Positions 38,274 through 51,069 of a stretch of 64,000 bases of DNA are shown piece after piece. The position numbers and the translations under genes are program-made. The notes under the pieces are model-generated. The model worked only from the letters and a program-made list of their open reading frames with translations, was not told the origin of the DNA and ran no database searches. The DNA is taken from the NCBI RefSeq assembly GCF_006345805.1, contig NC_043024.1, positions 434,001 to 498,000 of the forward strand. Reading direction: 5' to 3'. The stretch is from Octopus sinensis. Lineage: Eukaryota. The stretch's first letter is position 1. Each line of letters starts with the position of its first letter.

Positions 38274-38900
38274 TTCAGGGTAGAGTAGACGTACCTGGAA
38301 ATAGGTAAGTTCTATGAGTAAGGTGGCAGTGGTGGTGATGTTTGTTGTGGAAGTGGTAGTAGTTAGTGGTGCTGATGGCGATGAAGATAGTGGTGTTGGT
38401 GGAGGAGATGGTGGGGTGGTCATGTCAACAGTGGTGGTGAAAGTGGTGGCTTTAGGGTTTGAATTCAAATTCTGCTGAGGTTGACAAATTAAGTACCAGT
38501 GAAACACTGGGGTGATGTAATCAACTAGTCCCCTCCCCCCAAAATTTCAGGCCTTCTGCCTATAGTAGAAAGGATCATTATTGTTATTATTATACAAGGC
38601 AGCAAACTGGCAGAATCGTTAGCACACCAGACAAAATGCTTAGCAGCATTTTGTCTATCTTTACATTCTGAGTTCAAATTCTGCCAAGGTTGACTTTGCC
38701 TTTCATCTTTTCATGGTCAATAAAATAAGTACCTGTTGAGCCATGGGTTCGATGTAATCGATTTACCCCTTCCTCGAAATTGTTGGCCTTCTGCTAAAAT
38801 ATGAAACTATTATTATTATTATTATAATTGACGGTGGCGGATGGGCAAAATCCTTTGTGCCTTGAATACAATTCCTTGGCGCATTTCGTTAAAGCCTCCT

Positions 38901-39033
38901 TAGAAATAGCGCACCCGAGTCGCCCACATTTGGGGCGATCGCAAAGGTCAACCCAACCGGAGTGCAATGGAAGGGCCTCACTCTGGGAGAACCACCTTGA
39001 TGATCATGGTTTACCCCTGTGCCAGGTAAGTAT
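38901..39033 (-). pseudogene. RNU1: U1 snRNA copy (nt 1 to about 133, to the Sm-site region; SL4 not recognisable)
   Basis: Minus strand reads ATACTTACCTGGCACAGGGGTAAACCATGATCATCAAGGTGGTTCTCCCAG...CCATTGCACTCCGG...GCGATCGCCCCAAATGTGGGCGACTCG. This includes the 5' splice-site recognition end, the U1A loop ATTGCAC and SL3 with compensatory changes. Confidence 0.9.
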
Positions 39034-41089
39034 ATGACAAGTTGTGGTGCACCTGAGCACTGCATACAATAATTTCATTATATATATATTATGTTCTCAG
39101 CTGAAATTCTGCCAAGTTCAACTTTGTCATTCTTCCGAAGATGCTAGAATAGATTACTTGTCAAGCATTGGGGTCACACCTCTTTCGAAATTGCTGACCT
39201 TGAGAACAAATTATAAACTAATGTCATAAGAATGGTGAATTAGTAAAACCGTTAGAACATGGAACAAAACGACTCGCTGCATTTGTTCTACCTCTATATT
39301 CTGAGTTCAAATCACGCCAAGTACTAAGTCTTCTCAGTAGCCTTCTGCCTAAATAAGAAACTATTACTGAAGAATGTCGAGCACAGAATGGGTCAAAGAA
39401 CTGATAAAATGAGTTGTGGTACATAGTTATGTCCCTTTAAATACTGAACTGAAATGCTGCCGAGGTCAACAGCCTCATTCATCTTTGCAAGTCTGCAATT
39501 CTGGCGCCGATTTAATTAACTGTTCCCAAACATTCCGTCGAGATCAACATTGCCTTTCATACTTTTGGGTTCGATAAACAAAATAAAGTATCAGTAATGT
39601 ACTGTAGTCCATGTGATCTACTTGCACCGGCCCTCGAAGCTACAAAAGCCAGAACCGTTGCAAAAAATGCTTAGCGGCATTTCTTACGGCTCTTTACGTT
39701 CTGAGTTGTAGGCCTTGTGCTGAGGTTAGAAAGTTATATAATTAGCTACCATTTCTGACAGGTCGAGTAACCACATGAAATTATCCCGTTGGATCGCAAA
39801 GTCCTTAATTTGTAGGGTTGGTGCATATTCGATTGAATCGCACCAGTCTATCCCTGGTACTAATCACCCATAAAAATAGGTGGCAATCCTTCGATATAAC
39901 TCGACAAAACTATAACGAACACTCGGCTGTTTCTGTAACAACTTGACAATTCACTTCTGATATCTTCCTGACCTCCGTGGCAGCTGCTGATTACCAAATA
40001 AGTAGAAGTATATACATTCTACCTACTTAAGTAGAGTGCACATGCACCCTACTTCAACTTCGCCTTTCATCTTTTCGGGGTTGATAAAATAAGGTGCCGG
40101 TTAATTACTGGAGTCGAAGTAATCGACTAACTTCTTCTCATTGAAATTGCCGGCCTTGTGTCTATAACAGAAAGCATTATTAATGTAAGCATTTAGTCTG
40201 GTGCCCTACCGACTAGGTTGACCCGAAGTTAAACACTCGAGGCAGAGCCCACAGACAAAAACTCGCGACCTGGTTTCGGATCCCGCTTGAGAACAATTTC
40301 ATTTCACTTTCAAGTCCAGTTTCATAAAAATCATTATACAAAAAAAAGTTTAAGCGAGTTAACAGTTTTTTACACCTCTAAGCCTATAGAATTATATTAT
40401 TTAAAACAAGGATTTGCAGTGGTGTACAGCATTTAGGGCACACGTACCGTCTTCTCATAAACGAGCACCGACCGCTCTTGTCAGCGACCGAAAGGGTCTC
40501 TTCGTCATTATTCAATCTGCTAGATATGGTAGGTAAATTGCCCTAACACTATACACCCTGCCTTCTTACAAAATAAATTTACATTACGTCGCTCTATCTA
40601 AAAAAAATGTCTACTGTCTTTAAAATAAACAAATAAAGACGGGACGGCCACGGTTCGAATGCTTTTTATAATAGGTTTACATGATATAGGTTGACCCGAA
40701 GTTAAACACTCGAGGCAACGGTCCTATATAACTACCGCACCAAAAGTAGATTTATAAATCTAATTATTATAACCATTATAGAGAAGTTGGAACCACAAAC
40801 CTCTTTAAAAAGTGTTCGAGTCGCAAATGCTGTCGGAATTATGTCAATAGTATGGGAGATAACCCGCAGCCAACTGTTGATAAAACATGGGAGTCGGCTT
40901 CTTGTAAATGTGTGTGTGTACTTATAGATGATTAAATGAATCTGTGTATCTGTAGAGGTATAGATACACAGTGTGAGTGTGTGTACGTGCGTACAGATGC
41001 ATATATGGGTGTATGTGCGAAAGGCAAAATAATCAACCTTGAAATTTAAACTCAGAACGTGACTAAAGATTCTACCACTTCCCGCCGTT

Positions 41090-41897
41090 ATATTATAATA
41101 TAATGAAATTATTGTATACAGTGCTCAGGTGCACCACAACTTGTCAAAAGTGCATATAAAGCATATGCAGTAATGTACAAATGTCTGGAAAGTGAACAGT
41201 GTATGAGTCAGATACATGCTTGTGTGTGTATGGAGGGGAGAAAGATCAGGTGTAGTGTTGGCGAATCTCAGGAAGCATGGAAGTTTTGAAGGATGCAGTG
41301 CTCCGGCAGTTTGTTCCATACTTCAGCAACTCTTAGCTTGAAAAATTGTTTCCGAAAGTCATGGGAGCTGTGCTGTTTTCTGACTTTGTAAATATGTCCA
41401 CGGGTGTTAGACAGGTGGAGTTTGAAAAGGTGCTCAGAGTTATTGTTTGTAAGATGGTTAATAATTTTATGGGTGTCTGCCAAGTCAGCTGCCAGACGTC
41501 GGAGTTTCAATGTACCCATGCCCAAGGAAGTAAGGCGTTCAGAATATGGCAAATGCCTGATGGAGGATATTCTCTTGGTTGCACGTCACTGAACGGCTTC
41601 CAGACAATTAATATCCTGGGCAACATAAGGGTTCCAGTGCGGTAATGCAAATTCCAGGTGAGGTCGCACCATAGCTATGAAAAGCCTCAGGTAGATAGCT
41701 GGAGAGTGGCTCACAAAGGACTTGGTGAGTGATGCCTAGACACCCTCAGCCTTCTTGGCAATTTTAGCAATGTGTTTTGTCCAACGCAAATCACTGTCAA
41801 CAATAATGCCCAGGTCATGTTCACAAGAAGACTTTTTGAGATTAGTGTTGGAGAGGGAGTAAGTAGTCACTGGGTTTTTCTTCCCAAAATGTAATAA
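41090..41897 (-). mobile_element. CR1-like LINE 3' fragment
   Basis: MPYSERLTSLGMGTLKLRRLAADLADTHKII...NTRGHIYKVRKQHSSHDFRKQFFKLRVAEVWNKLP; 3' tail gtgcacctgagcactgtatacaat. Confidence 0.85.
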
Positions 41898-41974
41898 TAA
41901 AAATGATAAATAATAATAATCCTTTCTACAAAAGGCATAAGGCTTGAAATTTTAGGTGAGGGAACTAAGTATAG

Positions 41975-42562
41975 ATAATAATAATAATAATAATAATAAT
42001 AATTGTGTACAGTGCTCAGGTGCACTACAACTCATCTAAAGTGTATATATAATCAGGTGTAGTTTCGGCGGATTTCGGAAAGCATGAGGGCCTTAAAAGA
42101 TGCAGTGTCATGGCAGTCAACAACTGACGCAGGCAGTTTATTCCATGCTTCAGCAACTCTGAGCGTGAAAAAATGTTTCCGAAAGTCATGGGAGCTGTAT
42201 TGTTTTCTGACTTTGTAGGCATGTCCACGTGTGTTAGACACATGGAGATCAAAAAGGTGTTCAGTGTTGTTGTTGGTGAGGTGGTTGATAACTTTGTGGG
42301 TGTTTACCAAGTCCGTCGCCAAACGCCGGAGCTTCAGTGAATCCATGCCCAGGGAAACAAGGCGCTCAGAATATGGTAGGTGTCTGATGGAGGGTATGCG
42401 TTTGGTTGCACGTCTCTGGACAGATTCCAGGAGGTCAATGTTCTGTGCAAGATAGGGGTTCCAAACTGATGATGCGAATTCCAAGTGTGGCCATACCATA
42501 GCTGTATACAGTTTTAAATAGATGGCTGGAGAGCGGCTAACAAAAGTTAAACCAGAGTTCAA
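41975..42562 (-). mobile_element. Second CR1-like LINE 3' fragment in tandem
   Basis: YTAMVWPHLEFASSVWNPYL...LESVQRRATKRIP...TRGHAYKVRKQ...WNKLPASVV; (ATT)n tail. Confidence 0.88.
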
Positions 42563-43265
42563 CTGGCACGTATTTTATTAGCCCTGAAAAGGTTGATAAA
42601 TTTGACCTCAGAACAAAAAGACAGAGGAAATACTGCTAAGCATTTTGCCTACCATGCAAATGATTCCCCCCACACCCCCTGCTTTCTGACCAAAGGCAGG
42701 GAGGACGTGAGGGACAGATCTTGACAATGGATTTGGTTGATAGACACAACACTTGAAAGTCAAGAAGCAAATCTGAGATAACAACAATGATAACATATCT
42801 AGAATTATAACAAATTTCTCATAATCAGAAGAAGAAAAACGAGTTCATGAGAATGTCTACACCTGTTTCAGTTTGGTTTATCAGTTTTTAGTTCCTCAAA
42901 TTGACAAGTTACAAATACATTTGTTGTTGTTTGTTGTTGCTGTATGTATGTCTGTCACTCTTCCTGACAAGTTGTGTGTAATGATAACTGTCTTTCTCAT
43001 TTACATACATGGGTGTATATATGCATGTGTGTGTAGGTATGTATGTATGTATATGTATGCGTGCATATATATATATATACATACACATGTATATATTATA
43101 TATATATATATATATGTACACATGTGCCTGCCTGTGTGTGTATATATATATATATGTATGTATGTATATGTATATACATATGTGTGTATATATATATATA
43201 TATATACACATGTATATGTATATACATATGTATGTATATATACATATATATATATATAATATATA

Positions 43266-43321
<56 letters not shown>

Positions 43322-43756
43322 TATATACATATATATATATATATGCATAAGGTCCAACTGATAGGAGATTTGTATACAAAGTGACAGGTATGTGCAAACA
43401 TTATAATTTGCTTTGAGAAAATAAGAGATCCCATGGTGAGAAATTGGTTACTGAATATTTTATTACAGGCATAAGATGGACCATTAATTGTTTCTTGTTT
43501 GAATGGGATATTACTGGTACAAGTGTGGGGCAGAGGAGTTGTTGATACTTGGTTTAGAAATAATGGCAGGGAGTTGCAAGTGTGTGTGTGTGTGTATGTG
43601 TGCGTGTGTGTATGTGTATGTGTGCGTGTGTATATGTGTGTGTGTGTGTGTGTGTAGTCACAATGAGGATATTTAAACCTCTTACAAGGATATTAATCCA
43701 AGATACATTGGTTTAGGATACATTTGGAATCTGCAGAATACATAGAATCTGAAGGT

Positions 43757-43965
43757 AGGGAGCTGGCAGAAATGTTAGCACACCAGGCGAAATGCTTAGT
43801 AGTGTTTCGTCTGTGTTTATAGTCTGAGTTCAAATTCCGCCGAGGTCAGCTTTGCCTTTCATCCTTCCAGGGTCAATAAATTAAGTACCAGTTGTGTACT
43901 GGGGTTGATCTAATCGACTGGGTCCCTCCCCCAAAATTTCGGGCCTTGTGCCTAGAGTAATAAAG
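43757..43965 (+). mobile_element. SINE with Meta-domain-like core (representative copy)
   Basis: ggagctggcagaaatgttagc...gagttcaaattccgccgagg...gcctttcatccttccagggtcaataaattaagtaccag; other copies at about 38594-38812, 60395-60590 (minus) and 18096-18213. Family assignment is from recall. Confidence 0.7.
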
Positions 43966-44729
43966 AATATATAGAATCTGAGGATTTGAAACATATCTTA
44001 ATGTTTTGTAATTCTAATTTTGTATGTCAAATAAAACATTTGTAGATGAATATGTTGATTAATTAATAAATTAATTTGTATCCATTAGATCACTTTGTTT
44101 TCTAACTCGATAAGAACGTTATATATATATATATATCACCATCATTGTCATTTTATATATAAAACACACACGTTAGTATAGATTCAGAAACAAATATAAT
44201 CTAATATGTTTATATCCATTCTTAAATTTGATCTTTGTAACCTAAACAAGCCCATATAATAAACTTGTCTCAATTCAGTGACAAACTGCAGACGTATACC
44301 AATACACTCTGAGCTTCAGTATTTTTCTTGAATAGGCGCAGGCATGGCAATGTGGTAAAAAACTTGGTTGGCAACCACATTGTTCCAGGTTCACTCCCAT
44401 ACATGGCACCTTGGGCAAGTATCTTCTACTACAACCTCAGGAAGACAAAACCTTGTGAGCAAATTTGGTAGGCAGAAACTAAAAGAAATCTATCATATGT
44501 GTGTGTGTTTGTCCCCCACCACTGCTTGGTAACTGGTGTTGGTTTGTCTATGTCTCTGTAACTGAACAGTTTGGGAAAAGAGACCGACAGAATAAGTACC
44601 AGGCTTTAAAAAAAGAACTGGGGGCGATTCATTCAACTAAACTTCTTCAAAATAGTGCTCTAGCATGGCCACAGTCTAATGAAACAAGTAAAAGATAAAA
44701 GATAAGACAGCACATCACTAATATTAGTC

Positions 44730-44791
<62 letters not shown>

Positions 44792-46073
44792 GTACATAGG
44801 TAGATAGACAGACAGACAGGCAGACACCATCATGATGATGATGACGATACACACACACAAACTTGCAGAGGATGAATTTCCAGAAAGTTAATTACTTAGT
44901 TTGTAAATCAATTAACAACTTAATTAGTATCACTATACCAGTAAAAATTTCTTTCTCTTCCTGGATAATTAATAAGGAAGCTTTCCTAATTACTTAAATT
45001 TAAAGGATGTAAATCAAACTTTGAAACACAGCTGTGCCCCCAACTCATTCCTCCTAATAAATTATTTTCTAAATAACTTTCCGGAAAACTGATATTTGTG
45101 AGATTTTCTCCAAATATCTTTCAGGCGGTGATTATATTGGAATTTAATGTAAAAATAAAAAAGAAATATTGGCTGTGCATACATACATAATGACACACAT
45201 CGCATATAATTATAAAACGAAACTGGAAATTTTGTAAAAAAAATATGTGATGTGTGTATGTACTAATTTCTTTTCTTTCGTTTTCCAGATTAAATTCCGA
45301 TATAATCGTCATCTACAGTAGCTTAGTAGAAAATTTCATTAAAATAAAAAAAAACATTTTTCTGACAGTTATAAAGAAACGAAATCGAAGGGGCCCACTT
45401 GTGTAGGTTTACCCCGTCATTTTTATAAGGTCCCATCTAAGACCAAACGGTAGCTTTGTAAATATGGGTCACAATTTAGTCCAATACAGAAGCAAAAATC
45501 GCTTCACATGTGACATGCAGTCATAATAGTTCCATACAATTACATAGAACTGGTGTCAGCTATTCTTAGATGATGTTATGTAATGTCTAAGTAATCGGTA
45601 AGTGTTTAATACTACGGAGATCCTAAATAACAGCATTATTCTGTCATCTGAGGTATGTAAATTATTATTTTTAATTATCATTTATTATTCTACCCTCTTC
45701 TGGGTGTATTTTTTCCGATTTAAAAGGTAACTTCCAATAAATTTAGGTGTCTCTCCTAGCAGCCGATCGTCATGTTTACAATGAAGGTCACTGTCTATTT
45801 TGGCGGAGTTATTTTCTTTGGCTGGCCTAATCAATCAGACATATGGTAGACGGTATTCCAGCCAGGACCATCATGTCTTGATGGAGAGGCGTAAACATTT
45901 TTGGATCTTGTTAGTTTGTGTCACAAAATCAGCCTCCTTTCATTTTGCTCAGGTTGTTTCCAAATTTGGGCTAAGGATGGAGTTCGGAATTTTGATTACA
46001 CTCAACTTTATCTCGTAAATTAAAGAATTTGATGTTATTTGGAATTAAAGTTGGAAAATTTGTGTAATTTTAG

Positions 46074-46119
46074 CCAATCAACAGACAGCAAGGCATTAAC
46101 AGCTAGTTACCATAGCAAC
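46074..46119. promoter_or_regulatory. CCAAT box plus RFX X-box-like palindrome
   Basis: agCCAATca at 46074-46078 and GTTACCATAGCAAC at 46106-46119, within a CpG-richer, non-repeat region between the two genes. Confidence 0.45.
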
Positions 46120-48479
46120 ATATGACTCGCCGTGTTGCGTCTTCTCGCCTGCACGCAATTTCTCTGTACATGTTTCGATTTTGTTGCCAACTTTATAAAT
46201 CGTCCATTACCTGTGCTTATATCAATTAGAATTTAAAAAGAGTGTTATCCCTAAAAAATAAAAAGTGTAATAAATCTAGGCACAATATAAGAAAGTGCTT
46301 CGTATGAATTTATACTAGTGGTGCACTCGCAATGAGTGTAGTGCACGTTTGTCAGTAAGATCAGGAGGAAAAAAAGAAAAACCTCGGTTTTTTCGCCTGC
46401 ATTCAACGTATCTAACCGCCAAACCCGTCGCAAGAAAGGGGGAGGGTGGTTATGGACCTCGAAGTTTTCCGGAACCCACAAAAGGAAAGATTTGGCTGCT
46501 ATTTCTCACAAACCCTGCTACCACGTAACAGCTATTTGCGATAGAGGACCCGCCGTTATCGCAAATAGTTGCTAATGTGAGTGCACTTGTACAAATTTAC
46601 CCAAACATATACAGACAAATACAGTAATATAACGAAAAATAAATAAATAAAAACATGACTTCATAAGGTATTTCTCTTTATTTAGAAACCTAGAATGAAC
46701 AGGTTAGAAAGGGTACAACCTTAGACAGGGTACAACCTTAAAGTTGACACCGTTCGCTACAGCCAGCAAAAGTTTATTTTGACTTAAAAATAGAAAATGT
46801 TTCGATTTTTAAACGTCTCTAACTTTTTCGTCAAATTTTTCTCAATAAATTCTTTGGTTCAAATGAATAAGAAATGAATATGTTTAATGTGACATATTTT
46901 CAGATTTTAAAAGGGGGCTGATTTTGTGACTCAAACTAAACCCACAACCTTTCTTGAGCACAAGTTCTGGTCATTTTTTGAAACTTAAAAATGACCAAAC
47001 GAGACATTAGTTTTGGAAAAAATGGATTGCAGTCCAACAGGGGAAAGAATATTGGATGATCTTTCGATATATTGGTTGTTAAACACCAACAATTATGAAG
47101 ATATTTTATTAGCAACCTCAATTACAATCGGGGTCAAAGTTTAGGGAAGATTTCTTGAAAAAGAGGACCTGACTATGCTTCGGACTCTCAACTTCAACAA
47201 CAGCAACAACTATGCTGACCAATTTTTATTCCCAAAGATCAAGTAACACTACTAAATAATGATGCAATGCTTGCAATATAATCATTTCAAATAAATAGGG
47301 AGAAATTTTTTTAATTTCGGAAGTTGCTCGTTTTGCCCCACCCCTATAGCTTTGTTCTTCGAGATCCAATCCCAAAGAAAGAACCATTCCACGTTCTATC
47401 GATAATTTATAAATTCGTATGACATCAACATTTTACATTTAGTTCTGTTTATCAAGTGTGTCCGCAATCAGCTGCGCTCATTATCTCGTTAAAACGTAAT
47501 TATTTTAGCAGCTGAGTCACTTCCTTTGTTGATTCAGTGTAAATTTAATCAGGCGTCGTTCGACTTCAGATGTAATCACTTCACAAACAGACACAACACG
47601 AAAATATTTACTGTTTCCTTCCGACATTGTCCAGGACAAAGAGATTAAAACAATCGGTTCATACATCGATTCTGTTTTAAGGTTTAATATTTATTTTACT
47701 TTGCATTTTCCTTCCTTTATGAACCCAACAAGATTAATCTCTAAATATCAATTATTTTATTTCATCAACCTCTAAATAATTTGGCTTTGATTTCTGCCTT
47801 TCAAATGAAATGTCCTTTTGCAATCGTAAATTATATGTTGTATGTTTTTATGTGTTCACACTGATTATATATGTGTTATATATTTTGCTTGTTTCAATCA
47901 TTTGACTGCGGCCAGGCTGGGGCACTGCCTTGAAGTGTTTTAGTTGAATAAATCGACCCCAGGATTTTTTTTCTTATTTTAGCGGTTTCCTTGACCCAAC
48001 CGCTAAACTACGGGGACGCAAACACACCAACACCATTTGTTAAGCTGTGGTGGGGGACAAACACAAAGACACATACACACACAGTTATAGAAACACACGC
48101 ACACACAGTTGTATACTGTTTACTTTCTGTATCTACCTTTCAAACACACAGAAACGTAAACATAGATCCGTGCATATATCTTACTACATATCTTTTGCTC
48201 GTTTTAGTCATTGCACTGCGGTCATGTTGGGGCAACGCCTTGAATACTGATATTCTAAGCCTGGTAATTAATCCATCAGTCTTTCGCTGGACTGCTAAGC
48301 TATGGGAACGAAAACAAACCAACACACATACACACCTATAAACGTAGTGACGGGGGTTAATTGTCACTAATTTCGCGCATGCGCATTGATTGTTTTTGTT
48401 TTCTTTTAGTTTGTCGACTACACAGTATGGTAGGGTCAGAGAGAGAGATGGTGGCAAGTGTCAGGGCATATCCTTGGGG

Positions 48480-49130
48480 TACATGGATCATAATGTAAGA
48501 ACTCGATTTTGCTGGAGTGGATGGGTCTTCTCAAGAATCACCAAATATCTCGATCCAGTGTCATTTCTTCTGTGATGCTCAATATCTTGAGATCAGTCTC
48601 CACTACTTCATCCCTTCCTCTTCCTAGGTCTCCCTCTTCTGCAAATTCCACCCATTTTAAAAATAATCAGTACTTCTTTATACTTCTTTCTTGAATCTAT
48701 ATATGTGTATCATCATCTTTATCATATAAATGACAATGCCAAGGGCCATACCAGGTCCCATAGTCTGTTAGGGCTTGGCTTCTATGGCAGGAAGCCCTGC
48801 TTAACACAAACGACTCCACAGAGTGTACTGGATGCTTTTTACATAGCACCAGCACCCACTTCTACTTGGCACCCTGATTTTAGGATCTCAGTTCTGTTGT
48901 GGTGGTCGTGTCAAGTACAGCAAAGCACCACATATCTCAGTCCTTTGTCATCTCCTTTGTAAGGTTCAACATTTTGAGATCAGCATTCAATATTTCATCC
49001 CATGTCTTCCTGAGTCTCCCACTTTCACAACTTCCCTACACTTTAAGTGACTGACACTTCTTCATGCAGCTGATCTCATCCATCCGCATCACACGACCAA
49101 ACCAGCTCAGTCTCCTTTCTTGCACTCTGC
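48480..49130 (-). mobile_element. Two RTE-type LINE 3'-end fragments
   Basis: Minus-strand GRPRKR.DEVVETDLKILSITEEMTLDRDIW and LSWFGRVMRMDE...RKTWDEILNADLKMLNLTKEMT. Confidence 0.55.
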
Positions 49131-49504
49131 ATATAATTCTTCTTATGCCCAACTTCTCTCTACATACAGCATCACATTACTCTCACCATATTCAACCTTT
49201 CCTTCTTCTTCTTTTCTTGTCTCTTCTTTTTATTTATTTATTTACAACTCTGATGAAGCTCCATGATTCAAATCAGTTTTATTACCAACTATGATAAATA
49301 TTCTCTTTGTATCATAATGGTAATTCTAAAGAACATCGGCAGCAGAAACAGCTGTAAGATGGAATGCAGTCTTTTTGTAAATTATTAATAAATAATAATG
49401 GATGCAAATGAATTGTTGTTCATCACTGTTATCTCCATTTTCTCTTTTCTTTCTATATAATTTATTCAGTTACTAAATTTCTTTTCTGTTGCAGTATTTC
49501 AACA

Positions 49505-49562
49505 ATGTTGCGAACTGTGATATTTATTTTGGCCGTCGTTTGCCTAAGTTCTGTTAATGCTG
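49505..49562 (+). CDS. GH18 chitinase-family gene, coding exon 1 (signal peptide)
   Basis: ttctgttgcag acceptor at 49494; ATG 49505 encodes MLRTVIFILAVVCLSSVNA, a hydrophobic signal peptide with V-N-A cleavage pattern; G|GTAAGT donor, phase 1 matches exon 2. Confidence 0.85.
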
Positions 49563-49990
49563 GTAAGTTTATGACTAATCTGTTTATCAACCTTATCCTT
49601 CCTGTTTTCCATATCTACATTATCTTTTAATCCACCTCATCAATTTCTGATTATTTCCAGTTACTTTTGTTTTCCTTTAACCTCCAAGCAGCTCTGATTG
49701 AACAGATGTAAGATTGACCTGCTAGAAATAGCTGTCAAATCTCCATCAATAACACCCTGCTGTCTTAAAAGAGAGGACACAGTGGAAAAAAAAGTAATCC
49801 TAGGTAGAGAAAAGCATAGATTAGATCAATATACATAACCAGTCTGACCACTGAGTTATAGTGGTCATTCAACCATGCCAGTAGCTCAGGTATTATACTG
49901 TCTGCCATTTCATACTAACTGACCACTGAGCCATCCTGACTTGTCAGTACTCCCTGCCTAACTGTTTCCAGTTCATTCCATATATGCTAC

Positions 49991-50023
<33 letters not shown>

Positions 50024-50789
50024 ATCGTCATCATCATTTAATATCTGTTGTCCATGCTGGCATGGTTTGACCTGGGCTGGTAAGCTGAGGGGCTATACCA
50101 GTCTGATTTGGCATGGTTTCTACAGCTGGATGCCCTTCCTACTGCCAACCACTCCGAGAGTGTAATGGGGGCTTTTACATGTCACTGGCACAGGTGCCAG
50201 TTGCGTGACACCAGTATCTGCCACAACTATGATTCCACTCGACTTGTTGGGTCTTCTTCTCAAGCACAGCATATTGCCAAAGGTCTCAGTCACTTGTCAT
50301 TGCCTCTGTGGGGCCCAACGCTCAAAAGGTGCTTTTTAACATGACACCAGTAAAACTGCTAGTTTTGTGACACCAGCATTGGCCATATTGCCTCCGTGAT
50401 GCCCAACGCTCAAAAGGTGCTTTACGCAAATTAATTATATAAAATACATTTATAAAATAAAATGAACACAGAATTTTGCTTCTCACAATATACAAACATT
50501 TTTCATGGCACCAGCAGACAAAATGGAAAAGGCGATGCCCTGGAGGATAGTAAGGGAGATGCACTGGAACAGCCACCCTGACTGATGGGGCTTGCACTTG
50601 AGGACAGCAGTCTCCACCCTGATAGCAACAATATGGTTCAAGGGACCAAGAATACTGAAGTTCCCAACTGTTTGACCGTGAACCTATCAGAGAGCGACCA
50701 ATACCTTGAGAATTTACTCCCCCTCTTCCTCCCTCCGTATTGTTTATTGACCCGTTTACCACCTGTTCTACCTTTTGGTTTCATTTCAG

Positions 50790-51069
50790 ACACAGCATCG
50801 TCCGAGAAAATTGTCTGTTATTATGCAACCGGTCTTTCAAATTACTCTACCCCTTTGCCACCCGGTCTCGACCCTACCTTATGTACTCATTTGATCTTAA
50901 TTGGATCCAGTATAATTGATGGACAGATCAAACCCCAAAAACCAACTGATCCACAGGTGTACTATGAGAAAATTCCTTTAATGAAAAAACTTAACCCACA
51001 GCTGAAAGTTTTATTATGCAATGGAGGAAATTTCAATGGGGTTCTTGCCACAAGTCAGAATCGATCCAG
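50790..51069 (+). CDS. GH18 chitinase coding exon 2
   Basis: (D)TASSEKIVCYYATG...LDPTLCTHLILIG...MKKLNPQLKVLLCNGG...NRS(R), showing the GH18 KxVCY, LCTH and KVLLxxGG motifs. Confidence 0.92.

Noticed and set aside
42873-43384. YI/IY-rich ORFs (also at 4.0-4.3, 11.4-11.9 and 58.5-59.1 kb)
   Set aside because: (TA)n/(CA)n microsatellite translations.
48371-48385. Overlapping E2F (TTTCGCGC) and NRF1 (CGCGCATGCGCA) motif matches
   Set aside because: Adjacent to SINE remnants; similar strings arise from CA/TG repeat decay; no independent promoter evidence.
50505-50715. Minus-strand ...LFQCISLTILQGIAFSILSA resembling a CRE/NeSL-type RLE C-terminus
   Set aside because: Too short and degenerate to call as a feature; the plus-strand ORF extension upstream of chitinase exon 2 is intronic.
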